Shown here: piece by piece, positions 14,101-25,615 of the stretch
How positions within the stretch are numbered: the first letter of the stretch is position 1
Layout of the letters: each line of letters starts with the position of its first letter
NCBI GenBank assembly: GCA_030390025.1
Contig: CM059432.1
Coordinates: 137,828,001 to 137,892,000, forward strand
DNA: 64,000 nt
Source: Squalus acanthias
Lineage: Eukaryota
Direction of reading: 5' to 3'
Notes under the pieces: model-generated
Database searches by the model: none
Told to the model about the DNA's origin: nothing
The model's input: only the letters and a program-made list of their open reading frames with translations
Translations under genes and position numbers: made by a program

Positions 14101-17100
14101 CAGCAATACAGCTCCCCAACCTACAGCAATATCGCTCCCCAACTGACAGCGATACAGCTCCCCAACTTACAGCAATACAGCTCCCCAACTTACAGCAATA
14201 CAGCTCCCCAACTTACAGCAAAACAGCTCGCCAACTTACAGCAATACAGCTCCCCAACTTACAGCAATACAGCTCCCCAACTTACAGCAATACAGCTCCC
14301 CAACTTACAGCAATACAGCTCCCCAACTTACAGCAATACAGCTCCCCAACTTACAGCAATACAGCTCCCCAACTTACAGCAATACAGCTCCCCAACCTAC
14401 AGCAATACAGCTCCCCAACTGACAGCAATACAGCTCCCCAACTTACAGCAATACAGCTCCCAACTTACAGCAATACAGCTCCCCAACTTACAGCAATACA
14501 GCTCCCCAACTTACAGCAATACAGCTCCACAACTTACAGCAATACAGCTCCCCAACTTACAGCAATACAGCTCCCCAACTTACAGCAATACAGCTCCCAA
14601 CTTACAGCAATACAGCTCCCCAACTTACAGCAATACAGCTCCCCAACCTACAGCAATACAGCTCCCCAACTTACAGCGATACAGCTCCCCAACTTACAGC
14701 AATACAGCTCCCCAACTTACAGCAATACAGCTCCCCAACTTACAGCAATACAGCTCCCCAACCTACAGCAATACAGCTCCCCAACTTACAGCAATACAGC
14801 TCCCCAACTTACAGCAATACAGCTCCCCAACCTACAGCAATACAGCTCCCCAACTTACAGCAATACGGCTCCCCTACCTACAGCAATACAGCACCCCAAC
14901 TTACAGCAATACGGCTCCCCAACCTACAGCAATACAGCTCCCCAACTTACAGCAATACGGCTCCCCAACCTACAGCGATACAGCTCCCCAACCTACAGCA
15001 ACACAGCTCCCCAACTTACAGCGATACAGCTCTCCAACTTACAGCAATACAGCTCCCCAACCTACAGCAATACAGCTCCCCAACTTACAGCAATACAGCT
15101 CCCCAACTTACAGCAATACAGCTCCCCAACTTACAGCAATACAGCTCCCCAACTTACAGCAATACAGCTCCCAACCTACAGCAATACAGCTCCCCAACCT
15201 ACAGCAATACAGCTCCCCAACCTACAGCAATACAGCTCCCCAACTTACAGCAATACAGCTCCCCAACTTACAGCAATACAGCTCCCCAACTTACAGCAAT
15301 ACAGCTCCCCAACTTACAGCAATACAGCTCCCCAACTTACAGCAATACAGCTCCCCAACTTACAGCAATACAGCTCCCCAACTTACAGCAATACAGCTCC
15401 CCAACTTACAGCAATACAGCTCCCCAACTTACAGCAATACAGCTCCCCAACTTACAGCAATACAGCTCCCCAACTACAGCAATACAGCTCCCCAACCTAC
15501 AGCAATACAGCTCCCCAACTACAGCAATACAGCTCCCCAACTTACAGCAATACAGCTCCCCAACCTACAGCAATACAGCTCCCCAACTTACAGCAATACA
15601 GCTCCCCAACTTACAGCAATACAGCTCCCCAACTTACAGCAATACAGCTCCCCAACTACAGCAATAACTCCAACTTACAGCAATACAGCCCCAAACCTAC
15701 AGCATACAGCTCCCCAACTTACAGCAATACAGCTCCCCAAACTACAGCAATACAGCTCCCCAACCTACAGCAATACAGCTCCCCAACTTACAGCAATACA
15801 GCTCCCCAACTTACAGCAATACAGCTCCCCAACTTACAGCAATACAGCTCTCCAACTTACAGCAATACAGCTCCCCAACTTACAGCATACAGGCTCCCCA
15901 ACTTACAGCAATACAGCTCCCCAACCTTACAGCAATACAGCTCCCAACTTACAGCAATACAGCTCCCCAACTTACAGCAATACAGCTCCCCAACTTACAG
16001 CAATACAGCTCCCCAACCTACAGCAATACAGCTCCCCAACCTACAGCAATACAGCTCCCCAACTTACAGCAATACAGCTCCCCAACTTACAGCAATACAG
16101 CTCCCAACCTACAGCAATACAGCTCCCCAACTTACAGCAATACAGCTCCCCAACCTACAGCAATACAGCTCCCCAACCTACAGCAATACAGCTCCCCAAC
16201 CTACAGCAATACAGCTCCCAAACTTCAGCAATACAGCTCCCCAACCTACAGCAATACAGCTCCCCAACTTACAGCAATACAGCTCCCCAACTTACAGCAA
16301 TACAGCTCCCCAACTTACAGCAATACAGCTCCCCAACTTACAGCAATACAGCTCCCCAACCTACAGCAATACAGCTCCCCAACCTACAGCAATACAGCTC
16401 CCAAACTTACAGCAATACAGCTCCCCAACCTCCACCAATACAGCTCCCAAACTTACAGCAATACAGCTCCCCAACTTACAGCAATACAGCTCCCCAACTT
16501 ACAGCAATACAGGTCCCCAAATTACAGCGATACAGCTCCCCAACCTACAGCAATACAGCTCCCCAACCTACAGCAATACATCTCCCCAACTTACAGCAAT
16601 ACAGCTCCCCAACTTACAGCAATACAGCTCTCCAACCTACAGCAATACAGCTGCCCAACTTACAGCAATACAGCTCTCCAACCTGCAGCAATACAGCTCC
16701 CCAACTTACAGCAATACAGCTCCCCAACCTACAGCAATACAGCTCCCAAACTTACAATACAGCTCCCCAACCTACAGCAATACAGCTCCCCAACTTACAG
16801 CAATACAGCACCCCAACCTGCAGCAATACAGCTCCCCAACTTACAGCAATACAGCTGACCAACTTACAACAATACAGCTCCCCAACTTACAACAATACAA
16901 CTCCCCAACTTACAGCGAAAGAGCTCCCCAACTTACAGCAATACAGCTCCCCAACCTACTGCAATACAGCTCCCCAGCCTACAGAGATACAGCTCCCCAA
17001 CCTACAGCAATATAGCTCCCCTGCCTACAGTGATACAGCTCCCCAACCTACAGCAATGCAGCTCCCCAACCTACAGCAATATAGCTCCCCTGCCTACAGT

Positions 17101-20100
17101 GATACAGCTCCCCAACCTACAGCGATACAGCTCCCCAACCTACAGCAATGCAGCTCCCCAACCTACAGCAATATAGCTCCCCTGCCTACAGTGATACAGC
17201 TCCCCAACCTACAGCGATACAGCTCCCCAACCTACAGCAATGCAGCTCCCCAACCTACTGCAATAATGCTCCCCAACTTACAGCAATACAGCTCCCCAAC
17301 TTACAGCAATACAGCTCCCAACTTACAAGAATACGTCTTCCCAACTTACAGCAATACAGCTCCCCAACCTACTGCAATACGTCTTCCCAACTTACAGCAA
17401 TACAGCTCCCCAACTTACAGCAATACAGCTCCCCAACCTACTGCAATACGTCTTCCCAACTTACAGCAATACAGCTCCCCAACTTACAGCAATACAGCTC
17501 CCCAACTTACAACAATACAACTCCACAACTTACAGTAAAGAGCTCCCCAACTTACAGCAATACAGCTCCCCAGCCTACAGTGATACAGCTCCCCAACCTA
17601 CAGCAATACAGCTCCCCAACCTACAGCAATAAAGCTCCCCAACTTACAGCGATACAGCTCCCCAACCTACTGCAATACGTCTTCCCAACTTATAGCAATA
17701 CAGCTCCCCAACTTGCAGCAATACAGCTCCCCAACTTACAGCAATACAGCTCCCCAACCTACAGCAATACAGCTCCCAAACTTATAGCAATACAGCTCCC
17801 CAACTTACAGCAATACAGCTCCCCAACTTACAGCAATACAGCTCCCCAAATTACAGCGATACAGCTCCCCAACCTACAGCAATACAGCTCCCCAACCTAC
17901 AGCAATACATCGCCCCAACTTACAGCAATACAGCTCCCCAACTTACAGCAATACAGCTCTCCAACCTACAGCAATACAGCTGCCCAACTTACAGCAATAC
18001 AGCTCTCCAACCTGCAGCAATACAGCTCCCCAACTTACAGCAATACAGCTCCCCAACCTACAGCAATACAGCTCCGCAACCTACGGCAATACATCTCCCC
18101 AACTTACAATACAGCTCCCCAACCTACAGCAATACAGCTCCCCAACTTACAGCAATACAGCACCCCAACCTGCAGCAATACAGCTCCCCAACTTACAGCA
18201 ATACAGCTCACCAACTTACAACAATACAGCTCCCCAACTTACAACAATACAACTCCCCAACTTACAGCGAAGGAGCTCCCCAACTTACAGCAATACAGCT
18301 CCCCAACCTACTGCAATACAGCTCCCCAACCTACAGCAATACAGCTCCCCAACCTACAGCAATACAGCTCCCCAACCTACAGCAATACAGCTCCCCAACC
18401 TACAGCAATACAGCTCCCCAACCTACAGCAATACAGCTCCCCAACTTACAGCAATACAGCTCCCCAACTTACAGCAATACAGCTCCCCAACTTACAGCGA
18501 ATACAGCTCCCCAACTTACAGCAATACAGCTCCCCAACCTACAGCAATACAGCTCCCCAACCTACAGCAATACAGCTCCCCAACTTACAGCAATACAGCT
18601 CCCAACTTACAGCAATACAGCTCCCCAACTTACAGCAATACAGCTCCCCAACTTACAGCAATACAGCTCCCAACTTACAACAATACGTCTTCCCAACTTA
18701 CAGCAATACAGCTCCCCAACTTACAGCAATACAGCTCCCCAACCTACAGCAATACAGCTCCCAACTTACAGCAATACAGCTCCCCAACCTACAGCAATAA
18801 AGCTCCCCAACTTACAGCGATACAGCTCCCCAACCTACTGCAATACGTCTTCCCAACTTATAGCAATACAGCTCCCCAACTTGCAGCAATACAGCTCCCC
18901 AACTTACAGCAATACAGCTCTCCAACCTACAGCAATACAGCTCCCCAACCTACCGCAATACAGCTCCCCAACTTACAATATAGCTCCCCATACTGCAGCA
19001 ATATAGCTCCCAACCTACAGCAATACAGATCCCCAACTTACAGCAATACAGCACCCCAACTTCAACAATACAGCTCCCCAACTTACAGCAATACAGCTCC
19101 CCAACCTACAGCAATACAGCTCTCCAACCTACAGCAATACAGCTCCCCAACTTACAGCAATACAGCACCCCAACTTCAACAATACAGCTCCCCAACTTAC
19201 AGCAATACAGCTCCCCAACCTACAGCAATACAGCTCTCCAACCTACTGCAATACAGCTTCCCAACTTACAGCAATACAGCTCCCCAACCTACAGCAATAC
19301 AGCTCCCCAACTTACAGCGATACAGCTCCCCAACCTACAGCAATACAGCTCCCCAACCTACTGCAATACAGCACCCCAACTTACAGCAATACAGCTCCCC
19401 AACCTACAGCAATACAGCTCCCCAACTTACAGCAATACAGCTCCCCAACCTACAGCAATACAGCTCCCAAACTTACAGCAATACAGCTCCCCAAGTTACA
19501 GCAATACAGCTCCCCAACTTACAGCAATACAGCTCCCCAACTTACAGCAATACAGCTCCCCAACTTACAGCGATACAGCTCCCCAACCTACAGCAATACA
19601 GCTCCCAACCTACAGCAATAAAGCTCCCCAACTTACAGCGATACAGCTCCCCAACCTACAGCAATACGTCTCCCCAACTTACAGCAATACAGCTCCCCAA
19701 CTTACAGCAATACAGCTCTCCAACCTACAGCAATACAAACCCCCAACTTACAGCAATACAGCTCCCCAACCTGCTGCGATACAGCTCCCCAACCTACAGC
19801 AATACAGCTCCCCAACTTACAGCGATACAGCTCCCCAACCTACAGCAATACAGCTCCCCAACTTACAGCAATACAGCTCCCCAACCGACAGCAATACAGC
19901 TCCCCAAGTTACAGCAATACAGCACCCCAACTTACGTCAATACAGCTCCCCAACCTACAGCAATACAGCTCCCCAACTTACAACAATACAGCTCCCGAAC
20001 CTACAGCAATACAGCCCCCTATACTTACAGCAAAACAGCTCACCAACGTACAGCAATACAGCTCCCCAACCTACAGCAATACAGCTCCCCAACCTACAGC

Positions 20101-23100
20101 AATACAGCTTCCCAACCTACAGCAATACAGCTTCCCAACTTACAGCAATTCAGCTCCCCAACTTACATCAATACAGCTCCCCAACTTACAGCAATACAGC
20201 TCCCCAACTTACAGAATACAGCTCCCCAAACTGACAGCAATACAGCTTCTCAACCTACAGCAATACAGCTCCCCAACTTACAGCAATACAGCTCCCCAAC
20301 TTACAACAATTCAGCTCCCCAACTTACAATACAGCTCCCCAAACTACAGCAATACAGCTCCCCAACCTACAGCAATACAGCTCCCCAACTTACAGCAATA
20401 CAGCTCCCCAACTTACAGCAATACAGCTCCCCAACATACAGCGAATACAGCTCCCCAACCTACAGCAATACAGCTCCCCAACTTACAGCAATACAGCTCC
20501 CCAACTACAGCAATACAGCTCCCCAACTTACAGCAATACAGCTCCCCAACCTACAGCAATACAGCTCCCCAACTTACAGCAATACAGCTCCCCAACCTAC
20601 AGCAATACAGCTCCCAAACTTACAGCAATACAGCTCCCCAAGTTACAGCAATACAGCTCCCCAACTTACAGCAATACAGCTCCCCAACTTACAGCAATAC
20701 AGCTCCCCAACTTACAGCGATACAGCTCCCCAACCTACAGCAATACAGCTGCCCAACCTACAGCAATAAAGCTCCCCAACTTACAGCGATACAGCTCCCC
20801 AACCTACAGCAACACGTCTCCCCAACTTACAGCAATACAGCTCCCCAACTTACAGCAATACAGCTCTCCAACCTACAGCAATACAAACCCCCAACTTACA
20901 GCAATACAGCTCCCCAACCTGCTGCGATACAGCTCCCCAACCTACAGCAATACAGCTCCCCAACTTACAGCGATACAGCTCCCCAACCTACAGCAATACA
21001 GCTCCCCAACTTACAGCAATACAGCTCCCCAACCGACAGCAATACAGCTCCCCAAGTTACAGCAATACAGCACCCCAACTTACGTCAATACAGCTCCCCA
21101 ACCTACAGCAATACAGCTCCCCAACTTACAACAATACAGCTCCCGAACCTACAGCAATACAGCCCCCTATACTTACAGCAAAACAGCTCACCAACGTACA
21201 GCAATACAGCTCCCCAACCTACAGCAATACAGCTCCCCAACCTACAGCAATACAGCTTCCCAACCTACAGCAATACAGCTTCCCAACTTACAGCAATTCA
21301 GCTCCCCAACTTACATCAATACAGCTCCCCAACTTACAGCAATACAGCTCCCCAACTTATAATACAGCTCCCCAAACGACAGCAATACATCTTCTCAACC
21401 TACAGCAATACAGCTCCCCAACTTTCAGCAATACAGCTCCCCAACTTACAACAATTCAGCTCCCCAACTTACAATACAGCTCCCCAAACTACAGCAATAC
21501 AGCTCCCCAACCTACAGCAATACAGCTCCCCAACTTACAGCAATACAGCACCCCAACCTACAGCAATACAGCTCCCCAACCTACAGCAATCAAGCTCCCC
21601 AACTTACAGCGATACAGCTCCCCAACCTACAGCAATACAGCTCCCAAACTTACAGCAATACAGCTCCCCATACTGCAGCAATACAGCTGCCCAACCTACA
21701 GCAATACAGCTCCCCAACTTACAGCAATACAGCTCCCCAACTTACAACAATACAGCTCCCCAACTTACAGCAATACAGCTGCCCAACCTACAGCAATACA
21801 GCTCCCCAACCTGCAGCGATACAGCTCCCCAACCTGCAGCAATACAGCTCCCCAACTTACAGCAATACAGCACCCCAACTTACAGCAATACAGCTCCCCA
21901 ACCTACAGCAATACAGCTCCCCAACTTACAGCAATACAGCACCCCAACTTACAGCAATACAGCTCCCCAACCTACAGCAATACAGCTCCCCAACTTACAG
22001 CAATACAGCTCCCCAACCTACAGAAATACAGCTCCCAAACTTACAGCAATACAGCTCCCCAACTTACAGCAATACAGCTCCCCAACTTACAGCAATACAG
22101 CTGCCCAACTTACAGCAATACAGCTCCCCAAATTACAGCGATACAGCTCCCCAACCTCCAGCAATACAGCTCCCCAACCTACCGCAATACATCTCCCCAA
22201 CTTACAATACAGCTCCCTATACTGCAGCAATCCAGCTGCCCAACCTACAGCAATACAGCTCCCCAACTTACAGCAATACAGCACCCCAACCTGCAGCAAT
22301 ACAGCTCCCCAACTTACAGCAATACAGCTCCCCAACTTACAGCAATACAGCTCCCCAACCTACAGCAATACAGCTCCCCAACCTACAGCAATACAGCTCC
22401 CCAGCCTACAGTGATACAGCTCCCCAACCTACAGCAATACAGCTCCCCAACTTACAGTGATACAGCTCCCCAACCTACAGCAATACAGCTCCCCAACTTA
22501 CAGCAATACTACTCCCCAACCTACAGCAATACAGCTCCCAAACTTACAGCAATACAGCTCCCCAACTTACAGCAATACAGCACCCCAACTTACAGCAATA
22601 CAGCTCCCCAACCTGCAGCAATACAGCTCCCCAACTTACAGCAATACAGCTCCCAAACTTACAGCAATACAGCTCCCCAATGTTCAGCAATACAGCTCTC
22701 CAACCTACAGCAATACAGCTCTCCAACCTACAGCAATACAGCTCCCCAACCTACAGCAATACAGCTCCCCAACCTACAGCAATACAGCTCCCAAACTTAC
22801 AGCAATACAGCTCCCCAATGTTCAGCAATACAGCTCCCCAATCTACAGCAATACAGCTCTCCAACTTACAGCAATACAGCTCCCCAACCTACAGCAATAC
22901 AGCTTCCCAACTTACAGCAATACAGCTCCCCAACTTACAATACAGCTCCCCAACTTACAATACTGCTCCCCAACTTACAGCGATACAGCTCCCCAACTTA
23001 CAGCAATACAGCTCCCCAACCTACAGCGATACAGCTCCCCAACTTACAACAATACAGCTCCCCAACCTGCAGCAATACAGCTCCCCAACTTACAGCAATA

Positions 23101-23235
23101 CAGCTCCCCAACTTACAATACAGCTCCCCAAACTACAGCAATACAGCTCCCCAACCGACAGCAATACAGCTGCCCAACTTACAGCAATACAGCACCACAA
23201 ACTACAGCAATACAGCTCCCCAACTTACAGCAATA

Positions 23236-25143
23236 CTAAAAACAAGGGCATATAAGGTAGCGAAATCTAGTGGGAGGACAGAGGATTGGGAAAACTTTAA
23301 AAGGCAGCAAAAAATAACAAAAAGATTGATTAAGAAAGGGAAGATAGATTATGAAAGTAAATTAGCAAAAAATATAAAAACAGATAGTGAGAGTTTTTAT
23401 AGTTATATAAAAAGAAAAAGGGTGGCTAAAGTAAATGTTGGTCCCTTAGAGGATGAGACCGGGAAATTAATGGTGGGAAATATGGAGATGGCAAAAACAC
23501 TGAATGAATATTTTGTATCAGTCTTTACAGTAGAGGACACTAAGAATATCCCAACACTGGACAAACAGGGGGCTATAGGGGGAGAGGAGCTAAACACGAT
23601 CAAAATCACTAAGGAAGTGGTACTCGGTAAAATAATGGGACTCAAGGCGGATAAATCACCTGGACCTGATGGCTTACATCCTAGAGTCTTGAAGGAAGTG
23701 GCGGTAGGGATTGTAGATGCATTGGTAATAATTTTTCAAAACTCCCTGGATTCCGCTAAGGTCCCGGCAGACTGGAAAACTGCTAATGTAACACCCTTAT
23801 TTAAAAAGGGCAGTAGACAGAAGGCTGGTAACTATAGACCGGTTAGCCTAACATCTGTGGTAGGTAAAATTTTGGAGTCCATTATTAAGGAAACAGTAAC
23901 AGGACATTTGGATAATCATAATTTAATAGGACAAAGTCAGCATGGTTTTACGAAGGGGAAGTCATGTTTGACAAATTTGCTGGAGTTCTTTGAGGAAGTA
24001 ACATATAGAGTGGATAAAGGGGAACCAGTGGACGTAGTGTATTTAGACTTCCAAAAGGCATTTGACAAGGTGCCACACAAAAGATTATTGCTTAAGGTAA
24101 AAAATCACGGGATTGGGGGTAATATTCTGGCATGGATAGAGGATTGGCTATCTAACAGAAAGCAAAGAGTTGGGATAAATGGTTCATTCTCAGACTGGCA
24201 ATCAGTAACTAGTGGTGTTCCACAGGGGTCAGTGCTGGGTCCCCAACTCTTCACAATCTATATTAACGATTTGGAGGAAGGGACCAAGTGTAACATATCA
24301 AAATTTGCAGATGATACAAAGATGGGAGGGAAAGTAGTGAGTGAGGAGGACATAAAAAACCTGCAAGGGGACATAGACAGGCTAAGTAAGTGGGCAGAGA
24401 TTTGGCAGATGGAATACAACACTGGAAAGTGTGAGGTGATGCACTTTGGCAGGAAAAATCCTAGAGCAATTTATTATCTTAATGGCAAGAAACTGGAGAG
24501 TACTGAAGTGCAAAGGGATCTGGGGGTCCTGGTGCACGAAACTCAAAAGGTTAGTATGCAGGTGCAGCAAGTGATTAAGAAGGCAAATGGAATGTTGGCT
24601 TTCATTGCTAGGGGGATAGAATATAAAAATAGGGAGGTATTGCTTCAGTTGTACAAGGTATTGGTGAGACCGCACCTGGAATACTGCATACAGTTTTGGT
24701 GTCCTTACTTAAGGAAAGACATCCTTGCTCTCGAGACAGTGCAAAAAAGGTTCACTCGGTTAATCCCGGGGATGAGGGGGTGGTCATATGAGGAGAGGTT
24801 GGGTAGATTGGGACTCTACTCATTGGAGTTCAGAAGAATGAGAGGCGATCTTATTGAAACATATAAGATTGTGAAGGGGTTGGATCGGGTGGATGCGGGG
24901 AGGATGTTCCCGATGACGGGTGAGACGAGAACTAGGGGACATAGTCTTAGAATAAGGGGCTGCTCTTTCAAAACTGAGATGAGGAGGAACTACTTCACTC
25001 AGAGGGTGGTAGGTCCATGGAATATGCTGCCACAAAAAGCTGTAGAAGCTACAACATTAATTAAATTTAAAACAGAAATAGACAGTTTCCTAGAAGTAAA
25101 GGGCATTAAGGGTTACGGGGAGCGGGCAGGAATTTGGACATGA
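23236..25143 (+). CDS. CR1 ORF2 fragment: reverse transcriptase and C-terminal domain, no endonuclease
   Basis: LINE portion of ORF 22411..25143, with RT motifs intact and the natural end GYGERAGIWT*. Confidence 0.85.
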   Translation, partial: LKTRAYKVAKSSGRTEDWENFKRQQKITKRLIKKGKIDYESKLAKNIKTDSESFYSYIKRKRVAKVNVGPLEDETGKLMVGNMEMAKTLNEYFVSVFTVEDTKNIPTLDKQGAIGGEELNTIKITKEVVLGKIMGLKADKSPGPDGLHPRVLKEVAVGIVDALVIIFQNSLDSAKVPADWKTANVTPLFKKGSRQKAGNYRPVSLTSVVGKILESIIKETVTGHLDNHNLIGQSQHGFTKGKSCLTNLLEFFEEVTYRVDKGEPVDVVYLDFQKAFDKVPHKRLLLKVKNHGIGGNILAWIEDWLSNRKQRVGINGSFSDWQSVTSGVPQGSVLGPQLFTIYINDLEEGTKCNISKFADDTKMGGKVVSEEDIKNLQGDIDRLSKWAEIWQMEYNTGKCEVMHFGRKNPRAIYYLNGKKLESTEVQRDLGVLVHETQKVSMQVQQVIKKANGMLAFIARGIEYKNREVLLQLYKVLVRPHLEYCIQFWCPYLRKDILALETVQKRFTRLIPGMRGWSYEERLGRLGLYSLEFRRMRGDLIETYKIVKGLDRVDAGRMFPMTGETRTRGHSLRIRGCSFKTEMRRNYFTQRVVGPWNMLPQKAVEATTLIKFKTEIDSFLEVKGIKGYGERAGIWT

Positions 25144-25378
25144 GTCTAGGTTCGGATCGGTCATGGCCCTGTGGGTAGTGGAGCGGGCCCAGGGACTGTG
25201 TAGCCTGATTCTGCTCCTATTTCGTGTGTGCAATTCTGTTAGATGCAGGAGATGGTTCTGTGATAGATAGTAGATTGGCGGTTAGGATCAGATCAGCCAT
25301 GATCTTATTGAATGGCGGAGCAGGCTCGAGGGGCCGATTGGCCTACTCCTGCTCCTATTTCTTATGTTCTTATGTTCT
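23237..25378 (+). mobile_element. CR1 LINE copy A (5'-truncated, young)
   Basis: Uninterrupted ORF2 RT (KSPGPDG, YLDFQKAFDKV, GVPQGSVLGP, FADD), 3' UTR and (TTCTTATG)n tail. AATAC is present on both sides (23232-23236, 25379-25383). Confidence 0.97.
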
Positions 25379-25615
25379 AATACAGCTCCCCAACTTACAA
25401 CAATACAACTCCCCAACTTACAGCGATACAGCTCCCCAACCTACAGCAATACAGCTCCCCAACGTACAGCAATATAGCTCCCCAACTTACAGCGATACAG
25501 CTCCCCAACCTGCAGCAACACAGCTCCCAATCTTACAGCAATACAGCTCCCCAACTTACAGCAATACAGCTCCCCAACTTACAGCAATACAGCTCCCCAA
25601 CTTACAATACAGCTC

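Noticed and set aside
2610..18800. 1571-, 1401- and 550-aa ORFs as real mucin-like genes
   Set aside because: They follow automatically from a stop-free 23-mer. There is no signal peptide, overlapping frames give the same peptide, and stops and indels are scattered. Not called as CDS.
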